A DNA stretch of 35,260 bases from an uncultured Candidatus Saccharibacteria bacterium (GTDB lineage: Bacteria; Patescibacteriota; Minisyncoccia; UBA6257; 2-01-FULL-56-20), in assembly GCA_964513095.1 (NCBI GenBank), contig CAZELH010000003.1:1-35260 (forward strand). The letters run 5' to 3'. The notes beneath the pieces were generated by a model. The model was not told the DNA's origin and ran no database searches. It saw only the letters and a program-made list of their open reading frames with translations. The first letter of the stretch is position 1; each line of letters starts with the position of its first letter. Of this stretch, positions 17,680-25,759 are shown one piece after another. The position numbers were made by a program, and so were the translations under genes.

Positions 17680-19521
17680 ATGAAAATATTGATAGCGGGT
17701 TCGGCATGGCATGATGATCTGATGAATGTATGCGCGTATGGATTTCGTGAGCTTGGTCACGAAGTCGCCGTTTTTAACGATGCGATAAAAACCAATGCCC
17801 AGACAATACAAAAAATAGCCAGTCGAGTAGGTGGAAAAAAAATAGCAGCACGTTTTGAGCAAAAACATCGCGCGACAATTTCTCAAAAATTGGAAGACAC
17901 AGTACGAGCACAGAAGCCCGATTTCGTATTTATTATCAACGGATCAATATATCCAGCCGCAACAATAGCAAGAATAAGAAGAAAATATCACATCCCAGTA
18001 GCAGCATACATTATAGACGACCCTCTGTTGTTGAAGGATTGGCTTTTTGATATCTCAAAGTATTCCGCGTTATTTGTCATTGATAAAAGTTGGATGGGAT
18101 ATTTGGAGTATTTTGTTCCGGGAGGAGTACACTATTTGCCACAGGTTGCTGATCATAGGGCGTTTCACCCACTGCATCTTCCTCGCAAATATGATTTTTG
18201 TTTCGGGGGAACCCTGTCGCTTCGTCTGCCAAACGCACCATCGGGATTTTTAAGAGCGCAAATTTTAAACATTTTAGCGGAGAAAAAATACAAAATAAAA
18301 GCGTTTGCCCCAGGAATAGAAGAAACATTCGCGCACTATCCTGCATTGCGCGATATTGAGTATTCGAATAAATACGAATCTCACACGGCGTTAAATGTGT
18401 TATATAATGAAAGCAAGATAACAGTCAGCATCCATAGTCCACAGTTTAAGCACGGAATATCTCCTCGAGTATTCGAAACTGCGTTTGCAAAAAGCTTTCA
18501 ATTGGTGGAATATAAAGAGGATATTGAGAGTTTATTCCCCGAATGCATGGCGACATTTCGTTCGCCAACCGAACTGTTGGAGAAAGCGGATTATTATTTA
18601 AAAAATCCACAGGAGCGAGAGAAGATAGCTGAAAAAGCCTATCAACACGCACTGCAAAATCACACATTTCGTCAGAGGGGACAGGTAATAATAGAAATCA
18701 TAAAAAATAGCATGGAACACAATCATTCTCACGACAGTAGTAATCACGAACACAGTAATTCTGACGAATTTAACGCGGGGGAGCGGTACTATCCTGGCGA
18801 AACTGCCATAGATACGTATTCACTCCAAGAACACACTCGCCGGTACGAACTCGCAACCAGTCGTTTGCCACAAAATGCAGTCGTTCTTGATGCCGCTTGC
18901 GGCACGGGGTACGGATCGAAGATACTTTCCCAAAAAGCGAGTAAAGTATATGGCATTGATATTAGTAATCACGCGATAGAGTGGGGCAAGAAACAGTTTG
19001 AAAATAACAAAGTAGCCCTGTCGGTGGCTAGTCTTGATGAGAAGCTTCCATTCGCAGACGCAACCTTTGACGCGATCGCATCCTTCGAAACAATTGAACA
19101 CGTGAAAAACCAAGAGAATATGCTCGCTGAATTTTATCGAGTATTAAAACCGCAGGGAAAGCTCTATATTTCATCTCCTGATCGTGAAATTATTACCGAA
19201 AAAGCACATACCGAGAACCATTTTCACATCAATGAGTTGTCAAAAAAAGAATTTATAGCAAAATTAAAAAAGAATTTTTCTATAGAAAAAATGTATGGGC
19301 AAACAAAATATTCGGAAATTGCAACATGGAAACAATGGGTAAAGACCATAGTAAGAATTATTGATCCATTCAAAATACGCCAAAAATTAGCAAGAATATT
19401 GAACGTAAAACTTTTAATTCATGAAAATTTTAGTCCGATTGGAAAGTCGGATATTGAAGAGGTGAGTATGGATAGCCCCAATGAATATTTCGTTGTTTTG
19501 GCCGTATGCAAAAAGCAATAA
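17680..19521 (+). CDS. Fusion protein: CgeB-like glycosyltransferase (DUF3880 + Glyco_trans_1_2) - His-rich linker - class I SAM methyltransferase
   Basis: The N-terminal half ends in ISPRVFETAFAKSFQLVEYKEDIESLF...YYLKNPQEREKIAEKAYQHALQNHTF. The linker is MEHNHSHDSSNHEHSNSDE (18712-18768). The C-terminal half has VLDAACGTGYGSKIL, FETIEHV and LKPQGKLYISSPDR. There is no stop codon between the halves. Confidence 0.7.
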   Translation: MKILIAGSAWHDDLMNVCAYGFRELGHEVAVFNDAIKTNAQTIQKIASRVGGKKIAARFEQKHRATISQKLEDTVRAQKPDFVFIINGSIYPAATIARIRRKYHIPVAAYIIDDPLLLKDWLFDISKYSALFVIDKSWMGYLEYFVPGGVHYLPQVADHRAFHPLHLPRKYDFCFGGTLSLRLPNAPSGFLRAQILNILAEKKYKIKAFAPGIEETFAHYPALRDIEYSNKYESHTALNVLYNESKITVSIHSPQFKHGISPRVFETAFAKSFQLVEYKEDIESLFPECMATFRSPTELLEKADYYLKNPQEREKIAEKAYQHALQNHTFRQRGQVIIEIIKNSMEHNHSHDSSNHEHSNSDEFNAGERYYPGETAIDTYSLQEHTRRYELATSRLPQNAVVLDAACGTGYGSKILSQKASKVYGIDISNHAIEWGKKQFENNKVALSVASLDEKLPFADATFDAIASFETIEHVKNQENMLAEFYRVLKPQGKLYISSPDREIITEKAHTENHFHINELSKKEFIAKLKKNFSIEKMYGQTKYSEIATWKQWVKTIVRIIDPFKIRQKLARILNVKLLIHENFSPIGKSDIEEVSMDSPNEYFVVLAVCKKQ

Positions 19522-20579
19522 GGGTTCTTAATACGAAACGATTTTCAGGGAGCCCTGCTGACGGCATCGACAATTTTAATAAAGCGGTGTTTGGAAGAAT
19601 GCGTCGCGAGGAGTGCCTATTCGCATCCACCAAAGATGAGTCAAAATTGGCGGGCACTGCCGATTTTGAAATCGGAGCTATTAAAAAAATAAAAAATATT
19701 CTCAAAGAGTTGATCTTTGGAAGGTACGATGTTCTATGGGGAAATGGTCATCCGCGGGAATTGCTCTATTGGATAGTAAAACCACGCACCACGTGCTATA
19801 TCATAAATTTTCACACCATTTTAATAAAAAAGAATGGACCATGGAAGACGAAGACGCCATGGTTTGTGCGGTGGCTCATATTTCGTTGCGCTGATGGTAT
19901 TATTTGTCCTTCAGAGTTTAGTGCGGAAAGTGTCAGGCGCTATTTTCCAAATAAGAAAGTTATAAACATCTTAAATGGTGTCGATCTTTCGCTCTTTAAT
20001 CCAAACAAAAGAAATGATCAGTATCTACAAGAAACATTTAATATGGGTGCTGGAAGAAGGAGGGTGGCATTTATTGGCACGCTACAACCGCGAAAACGCC
20101 CGGAGGTATTTTTAGAAGTTGCCCAACAACTGCCCGAGTATGATTTTATTCTTGTTGGCGCAGCAACGCCTCCATGGACGTATGCAGAGCGGGCACAAAA
20201 CATAAAAAATGTTCGATATATCCCTAAAATGTCTCGTGCGGAGGTGGCGATGCTATTAGCGAGCTCCGATTTATTTCTCTTCCCGAGCCTTAATGAGCCA
20301 TCAGCGGCAGTTATCCTAGAGGCGATGGCTTCGGGGTGTATTCCCATTGTTTCAAAAAGTGGAGGGAATGGAGAATTTTTTGAACACAATCGAGAAGGAT
20401 TATTGGTTGAGCCGGCGAAAGAAGAAGTCGGTTTTATCACGCGCACCATAAAAGAATTGTGCGCAAATCTTGAAAGAATGAATGAAATGAAAGAAAATGC
20501 ATGTAAGAACGCGCAAGAGCATTCATGGAGTATGGTGGCGAAAAAATATCAGGAAGCGATACAAGGTATAAAAAAATAA
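19506..20579 (+). CDS. GT4-family glycosyltransferase
   Basis: FIGTLQPRKRPEVFLEVA and PSLNEPSAAVILEAMASGCIPIVS (EX7E). It overlaps the upstream gene by 16 nt; the start is less certain. Confidence 0.75.
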   Translation: MQKAIRVLNTKRFSGSPADGIDNFNKAVFGRMRREECLFASTKDESKLAGTADFEIGAIKKIKNILKELIFGRYDVLWGNGHPRELLYWIVKPRTTCYIINFHTILIKKNGPWKTKTPWFVRWLIFRCADGIICPSEFSAESVRRYFPNKKVINILNGVDLSLFNPNKRNDQYLQETFNMGAGRRRVAFIGTLQPRKRPEVFLEVAQQLPEYDFILVGAATPPWTYAERAQNIKNVRYIPKMSRAEVAMLLASSDLFLFPSLNEPSAAVILEAMASGCIPIVSKSGGNGEFFEHNREGLLVEPAKEEVGFITRTIKELCANLERMNEMKENACKNAQEHSWSMVAKKYQEAIQGIKK

Positions 20580-20590
20580 ATCATACACAA

Positions 20591-21325
20591 ATGTCGATTC
20601 AAAAAAATACAGAAACAGATAGCGAGAGAATAGCGTTGTACGAATTTATTCTAAAAACGTTAAAAGCGGGCGCATATAAGGATATTGCAGATATTGCATC
20701 GGGTACGGGAGAAGGGGCGGCGGCGCTTGCAGTCGCCCAGCCAGAATCAAAGGTGGTGGGAATTGATCTCGACAAAGAACTCGTCGAGCGCTCCCAGCAA
20801 GCATTTCCAATGCAAAATCTTTCATTCGTAGTCGCAGATGCGCGAAGGACTCCGCTCAGTGATCAATCAGTTGATGCAATAGTCAGTGCTCATACCATAG
20901 AACACATAGAAAGAGGGCAACAGCAAGGATTTGTAAAAGAACTATACCGGATACTAAAACCAGAAGGCATCGCTATTATCGCAACTCCCGATAGACAGGT
21001 GTGGGAGTGGCAGGGAATCGCGGGTATGCATGAAGGTCATGTTGGTGAGATTACAAAAAAAGAATTGACAGAGGTAATACGGTCGGCGGGATTTTCTGGT
21101 ATACGCATCTATGGTCAAAGAGTGGCACATGCCTCTAAAAATCCGCTACTACGATCACTGCTCAATATCATAAAGAAAGCGGATGTGTTTAAAATAAGGA
21201 GATTATTTAAAAAAACGGTAGATTTTATTGATGAAAAAACACAGCCCGCGTCACTTGATGTATCCGTGGTTTTGTTACAGGAAAATCAAAAGGCATCGGT
21301 TAATATCGTGGTCTGTAAAAAATAA
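20591..21325 (+). CDS. Class I SAM-dependent methyltransferase (Methyltransf_11-like)
   Basis: IADIASGTGEGAAALA, VGIDLD, HTIEHI, LKPEGIAIIATPDR. It is paralogous to the C-terminal domain of the 17680-19521 protein. The ATG at 20591 lies 11 nt after the upstream stop. Confidence 0.8.
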   Translation: MSIQKNTETDSERIALYEFILKTLKAGAYKDIADIASGTGEGAAALAVAQPESKVVGIDLDKELVERSQQAFPMQNLSFVVADARRTPLSDQSVDAIVSAHTIEHIERGQQQGFVKELYRILKPEGIAIIATPDRQVWEWQGIAGMHEGHVGEITKKELTEVIRSAGFSGIRIYGQRVAHASKNPLLRSLLNIIKKADVFKIRRLFKKTVDFIDEKTQPASLDVSVVLLQENQKASVNIVVCKK

Positions 21326-21354
21326 AAAAACCACCGAGTTGTTAGGCTCGGCGG
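21324..21354 (-). terminator. Rho-independent terminator of the radical SAM gene, at a convergent junction
   Basis: Minus-strand read is CCGCCGAG-CCTAACAA-CTCGGTGG-TTTTTTT: an 8-bp stem with one G.U pair, then a T7 tract. In the + strand RNA the same stem has an A.C mismatch and no U-tract. Confidence 0.65.
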
Positions 21355-21376
21355 TGAAAGTGGATTAAGGCCATGG

Positions 21377-23083
21377 TTAATGGCCGGCAGTTCCAGGAAG
21401 ATATCTTTCGAGGCTTTTTGCTTTATGAGTTTCACCAATTGATTGTTTGCTTCTCCATCCAAGCAATCGAGTGATTGCCCAATATTCAAAAACAAAAAAT
21501 TTGAAAAATACAATATTCTTTGTTTTCATCGCAAACCACCATCGAATTTCAATATCCAGTTCAAATGGCAAAATGAGGAGGCGCCACCACCCAGGGAAGT
21601 TTTTTGCCGTCTTATGTTTTTTATTGTGATGAAAACCAGCAATAAAATAGACGTAATTCATCCATGGCGGTAACGTTGGATTACAGGCAGCTGAAATATC
21701 CGTCCAGCCAGCCATAGTTTCGGGGAGTGGCCACCCAGCGTTAATCGCATCAACATATACGGGCGTCCCAGGAAGTGGCATGAGCACGTATACGGTGCTG
21801 CGACTTTTTCCCAATGGAAGAAGTGAGGCAATAATATCAGTTGCGAGAAGAGTATTGATGATTCCCTCAACAGTTTCTCCCGGAGTACCAATGATCCATG
21901 TGCAGATCATTTCGATGCCATACTTCCCAAGAAGTTTAGCGGCAGCGTAGTGATCTTCAACTTTTTCATTTTTACTCATCAAATCAAGCGTCCGTTGATC
22001 TCCTGATTCTGCTCCAACATGAACTCGGACACACCCAGTATCTGCCAATTTTTTAACCACCGAATCTTTTTTCAGTTGATCACTGCGTAAATGAACGTGA
22101 TACCCGATGCCTAATTCTTTGCAGAGTTCGGCGTATCGCCAGTCTTGTATCCATCGCGTTCCATTTTCATGTTCAACCTCCAAATAGGTAAAAGGATATA
22201 AAGCATGAATTGCTCGAATATCTTTTTCCCAAAATTCAAATGGTATCCATCGATACGGTGCCGATGATTTACCCGTGGTATCTGAAAATGCAGTGTATTG
22301 TCCTTCTACCGAACAAAACTTGCAGGAAGTTCCACTCCATGCGCATCCTCGAGCATCTGGAAAGCTCATTTGATTTCGCTTCGCGGCTGCCAAAAAGAGT
22401 CGCGCTGTTTTTGTGGAAACAGGATGGACATATTCACGTTCAAGATCGAGTGCTTGCCCGCGTCTTTTGATGTGTATATGACCATTATAACACCCATCAG
22501 GATCATGAAGTTCGATACGGCCTTTCATTTTTGAGTTCGGTACTTCGGTAAAATGTGCTCCATAATTAAGAATCGGTAAACGATTTTGTTTAAAAATACG
22601 CAAACTCGATTCATTAACTTGAGCACTTTCTTTTTTGAATCCGACCCCATCAATGTTTGAAATATCATTTCCATCACGCAGTGAGTTGAGGAGTTGAACA
22701 AATCGACGTTCTCCTTCTCCCAAAACTACGTAGTCAACGATATGTTCTTCAAGTGAAGCAACAGGCTGAAAGGTTACGTGAACCCCACCCCAGATAATCG
22801 GTTTTTCTGGAAATAAAGTTTTCAATTTCTTGGCAATTCTCATTGATTCTCCCAGCTGAAAGCCAGACAATGAGCTAATCCCAAAAACATCAAAGGAAGC
22901 AGCCATTTCAAACAACTCTTTTTCGCTATCCAGTCGAGCATCCCAATACTCAACATCATAGCCAGCATCTTCGGCGGCACGACCAGGGTAGATAACCGAA
23001 AGAGCTTCAAAATGACTCGGAGATGAAGGTGAGGGAAGTGGATAGAGTAAAAGAACACGAATGAGTTTGAAAAAAGAGATCAT
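21377..23083 (-). CDS. B12-binding (class B) radical SAM enzyme, with non-canonical CX6CX2C motif
   Basis: 568 aa from the ATG at 23083, preceded by AGGAGGATTT. The N-terminal cobalamin-binding-domain pattern is FGISSLSGFQLGESMRIAKKLKTLFPEKPIIWGGVHVTF...DYVVLGEGE. The radical SAM core has RGCAWSGTSCKFC, GAESGDQRTLDLMSKN and IIGTPGET. The C-terminal extension is hydrophobic and Trp-rich. Confidence 0.85.
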   Translation of the reverse strand: MISFFKLIRVLLLYPLPSPSSPSHFEALSVIYPGRAAEDAGYDVEYWDARLDSEKELFEMAASFDVFGISSLSGFQLGESMRIAKKLKTLFPEKPIIWGGVHVTFQPVASLEEHIVDYVVLGEGERRFVQLLNSLRDGNDISNIDGVGFKKESAQVNESSLRIFKQNRLPILNYGAHFTEVPNSKMKGRIELHDPDGCYNGHIHIKRRGQALDLEREYVHPVSTKTARLFLAAAKRNQMSFPDARGCAWSGTSCKFCSVEGQYTAFSDTTGKSSAPYRWIPFEFWEKDIRAIHALYPFTYLEVEHENGTRWIQDWRYAELCKELGIGYHVHLRSDQLKKDSVVKKLADTGCVRVHVGAESGDQRTLDLMSKNEKVEDHYAAAKLLGKYGIEMICTWIIGTPGETVEGIINTLLATDIIASLLPLGKSRSTVYVLMPLPGTPVYVDAINAGWPLPETMAGWTDISAACNPTLPPWMNYVYFIAGFHHNKKHKTAKNFPGWWRLLILPFELDIEIRWWFAMKTKNIVFFKFFVFEYWAITRLLGWRSKQSIGETHKAKSLERYLPGTAGH

Positions 23084-23153
23084 AAATCCTCCTGTGAAAA
23101 TTGTGAAAGAACGTAAATAGACGAGAAGGTCTATAGAGTGACGAGCTAGGCAG

Positions 23154-23181
23154 ATTATACAACAAAAAAAATATTTAACAA
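23154..23181 (-). promoter_or_regulatory. Candidate promoter of the radical SAM gene (TTGTTA-16 nt-TATAAT)
   Basis: Minus-strand read: TTGTTA (23176-23181), 16-nt spacer, consensus TATAAT (23154-23159). The leader is about 65 nt and ends in AGGAGG. Confidence 0.45.
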
Positions 23182-23182
23182 A

Positions 23183-23211
23183 TTGACCAAAAGGCGCGCT
23201 GTGAGTACAAT
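23183..23211 (+). promoter_or_regulatory. Candidate promoter of the ATP-grasp-like/GT2 operon (TTGACC-17 nt-TACAAT)
   Basis: TTGACC (23183-23188), 17-nt spacer, TACAAT (23206-23211), then 8 nt to the ATG at 23220. No SD is present. Confidence 0.55.
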
Positions 23212-23219
23212 TGAAAAAA

Positions 23220-24008
23220 ATGGAAAAAGATAAAAAACCGAAAATACTACTGCTCGATCCTCTTAAAAAGGGAAACAGAGATTCAAGATTTTTAAGTGAA
23301 TACTTAGAAAAAGAAGGAGGTTTTACCATAGAAAGACCAGAAGATTTGCGAAGCTTTATTAAATCCCTCGATCTCATGCACTCGTTACCCGACGCGGTAT
23401 TATATCTTCATTGCATAGAGGACGATTTTTTTAAGGATCTCATAACGGCTTTGGAAGTGTTTAATGTGCCAATATTTAATAGTTTGAGTAGTATTAGAAA
23501 TTGTTCAGACAGATTATGGGTTAAGAAAAAGTTGTTAGAAAACAATATTCCCACTCCAGACTTTTTCTATGGCCCAGCCAGTAACTGTGCAGTTTCATGG
23601 GAAAGAAAAATATTAAAAGTAAGAAACGGGGAAGACAACCTCGTTGTGCTTCTAGAGAATCGTCCTATTCACGCTCACGATAGAATGATATTTTTAGAAG
23701 AATGGATTGCGTTGCCGAAGGGGTATATAGATACCATCTTTGTTGTGGGGAAGGATATGTTTCAAACGGCGAAAAACGACTCGTTTGAATTATATGAAAA
23801 AAAGAATTTGCACGGAGAGTTCCCACTTGACCCACAATTAGCCAGTATCGCAGCCCAGATAGGGAATATAACGGAATTAGCATTATACAGTGTGGATTTT
23901 GCTGACGGAAAGGTTATTGATATAAATCCATTTCCAAATATTTTTTGGGAGCGCAGCTTTAAGCCAATAGCTGAGTTCTTAAAAGAAAAAACAAAGAAGG
24001 AGATATAA
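23220..24008 (+). CDS. ATP-grasp-fold-like protein (RimK/ligase-like, divergent)
   Basis: Pattern SDRLWVKKKLLENNIPTPDFFY ... ILKVRNGEDNLVVLL ... FLEEWIALPKGYIDTIFVVGKDMF ... LYSVDFADGKVIDINPFP follows the ATP-grasp order: DK..L...IP.P, Lys strand, E.yI, D..vvg, D...E/D-x-N. The Gly-rich loop is not recognisable. The TTG at 23211 overlaps the -10 box, so the ATG at 23220 is preferred. Confidence 0.5.
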   Translation: MEKDKKPKILLLDPLKKGNRDSRFLSEYLEKEGGFTIERPEDLRSFIKSLDLMHSLPDAVLYLHCIEDDFFKDLITALEVFNVPIFNSLSSIRNCSDRLWVKKKLLENNIPTPDFFYGPASNCAVSWERKILKVRNGEDNLVVLLENRPIHAHDRMIFLEEWIALPKGYIDTIFVVGKDMFQTAKNDSFELYEKKNLHGEFPLDPQLASIAAQIGNITELALYSVDFADGKVIDINPFPNIFWERSFKPIAEFLKEKTKKEI

Positions 24009-24013
24009 ATGAA

Positions 24014-24886
24014 ATGACGACGCCCAATAAGGGTAAGGTATCAGTAATTATTCCCAGTTTTAATGGAAGGGCGTATATTGAAGAAGCGGTGCGCTCTGCG
24101 GTAAATCAAACCTATAAAAACACGGAAATTATCGTGATTGACGATGGATCAACGGACGATACACGCGAAATTATACAAAATATCCAAAAAGAGCATCCGC
24201 ATATCACGTATCTCTATCAAGAAAATGCCGGATTATCGGCAGCTCGAAATACCGGAATAAAAAATGCATCAGGAGAATACATCGCCCTTTTGGATAGCGA
24301 TGACATGTTTCTGCCGGAAAAATTAGAAAAACAGGTAGCATATTTACAAAAGCATCCAGAATGCGATGTCGTGTACTGCGGAATCTGGCATTTTTATGAG
24401 CACACACCACATGAAATGCATGATTTGCAATACCAATACTATTCAAAAGAACAGGTCTTGCCTCAGCTACTGAAAAAAAATTTCATAAACCCACTATCAA
24501 TTGTTGCTCGCAAAAATGTCTTTGAAAAATATGGAGCATTTGATCTCTCATTTAAAAAATCAGAAGATTGGGAGTGTTGGTTGCGCTGGGCGTATGCGGG
24601 AGTGCGTATCCATTTTATCGCCGAAAAGCTTGCCAAATATCGGATGCGAACGTCGAGCCTCTCGTACAGTAGAAAGGGAGAGGTGGAACGCAAAAAAACA
24701 ACATATGACTTGGTTAAAAACACGATAGATAAAATGTCAGCCGAAAAAAGAGTCACACTCAATGCAAATAAAATACTATTGTTGCACAAGCTGAAGCTCT
24801 GGTACGCATACGGCGAACAGTATATTCCACTCCTTGCCACTATCCGAATGGTTCGGCAAAGAATAAAATTAAAGAAATATGGATAA
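24014..24886 (+). CDS. GT2-family glycosyltransferase
   Basis: VSVIIPSFNGRAYIEEAVRSAVNQTYKNTEIIVIDDGSTDDT and LLDSDD (DxD). Confidence 0.85.
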   Translation: MTTPNKGKVSVIIPSFNGRAYIEEAVRSAVNQTYKNTEIIVIDDGSTDDTREIIQNIQKEHPHITYLYQENAGLSAARNTGIKNASGEYIALLDSDDMFLPEKLEKQVAYLQKHPECDVVYCGIWHFYEHTPHEMHDLQYQYYSKEQVLPQLLKKNFINPLSIVARKNVFEKYGAFDLSFKKSEDWECWLRWAYAGVRIHFIAEKLAKYRMRTSSLSYSRKGEVERKKTTYDLVKNTIDKMSAEKRVTLNANKILLLHKLKLWYAYGEQYIPLLATIRMVRQRIKLKKYG

Positions 24887-25715
24887 TACAAAACAAGAGG
24901 TAGGCATCTCAATCATTCTTCCGACCTACAATAGGGCGAAGCTGTTACCGCGCGCAATCAAGAGCGTCTTAGATCAATCCTATGCAAATTGGGAACTTAT
25001 CATTATAGACGATGCTTCAACAGACGAAACACCGGAAATAGTAAAAAAATGGGCGATACAAGATGAGCGAATTGTGGTGATAACAAATGCGGTTAATCAG
25101 TACCCAGACTTACCGAAAAATTTAAACAGTGGAATCGCAATAGCGAAAGGGAAATATATTGCGCGACTCGATGACGATGACTACTGGCTAGATTCAAAAA
25201 AATTGCAAAAGCAGTATGATTTTTTAGAAAAAAATCCAGAATATGTAGTGGTGGGAACGGGGATGATTGTAATAAATGAAAAAGGCGAAGAGCTCTACAG
25301 ATATCTCAAACATCAAGAAGACGCGGATATTCGAAAAAAAGCATTATTTGCTAATCCATTTTCGCACACCACGGTGTTGTTTCGAAAAGAAAGTGCTCGT
25401 GCGGTGGGAGGGTATAGTAATTGGGATTTCGCCGAAGATTGGGATTTATGGTTGAAATTAGGAAACCGAGGGAAACTATATAATATTCCAGAATATTCAA
25501 CCGCGTATTTATCGGCGGGTCAAAACAACTCATATAAGTATCAAAGAAAACAGGCTCAAACAATATTAAAATTTATTACAACTCACCGAAATGAGTATCC
25601 ATATTTTTATTTTGCGTTCCTATTAAATGCGGGACAGTGGATTTTTTCATTGTTTCCAGAGTTTGTGCGAAAAAATTTGCACCATTTTTTATCAAGTATT
25701 AAACGGAAAATATAA
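24879..25715 (+). CDS. GT2-family glycosyltransferase
   Basis: ISIILPTYNRAKLLPRAIKSVLDQSYANWELIIIDDASTDET and RLDDDD (DxD). It overlaps the upstream GT2 gene by 8 nt. Confidence 0.85.
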   Translation: MDNTKQEVGISIILPTYNRAKLLPRAIKSVLDQSYANWELIIIDDASTDETPEIVKKWAIQDERIVVITNAVNQYPDLPKNLNSGIAIAKGKYIARLDDDDYWLDSKKLQKQYDFLEKNPEYVVVGTGMIVINEKGEELYRYLKHQEDADIRKKALFANPFSHTTVLFRKESARAVGGYSNWDFAEDWDLWLKLGNRGKLYNIPEYSTAYLSAGQNNSYKYQRKQAQTILKFITTHRNEYPYFYFAFLLNAGQWIFSLFPEFVRKNLHHFLSSIKRKI

Positions 25716-25730
25716 AAGTTTGACAATCCT

Positions 25731-25759
25731 TTGACACGACTTCGAGCTTCCAATAGCAT
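25731..25759 (+). promoter_or_regulatory. Candidate promoter of the heptose operon (TTGACA-17 nt-TAGCAT), preceded by a second TTTGACA copy
   Basis: Consensus TTGACA (25731-25736), 17-nt spacer, TAGCAT (25754-25759), then 9 nt to the ATG at 25769. A direct repeat TTTGACA sits at 25719-25725 and 25730-25736. Confidence 0.4.

Noticed and set aside
23084-23377. 98-codon N-terminal extension of the radical SAM ORF. Analogous upstream extensions occur at 29624-29752, 31237-31344, 32621-32689, 35037-35126, 13793-13891, 20525-20590 and 28069-28173.
   Set aside because: Each has an internal ATG that coincides with the start of the conserved domain, and most are preceded by an SD or a -10 box. The extensions run through promoters or neighbouring genes, or begin at TTG/GTG.
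21377-24008. Radical SAM plus ATP-grasp pair interpreted as a RiPP (peptide natural product) cluster.
   Set aside because: I found no plausible precursor-peptide ORF in the 127-bp divergent spacer or nearby, and no protease or exporter. The genes are embedded among glycosyltransferases and nucleotide-sugar genes, so a glycan-tailoring role is more parsimonious.
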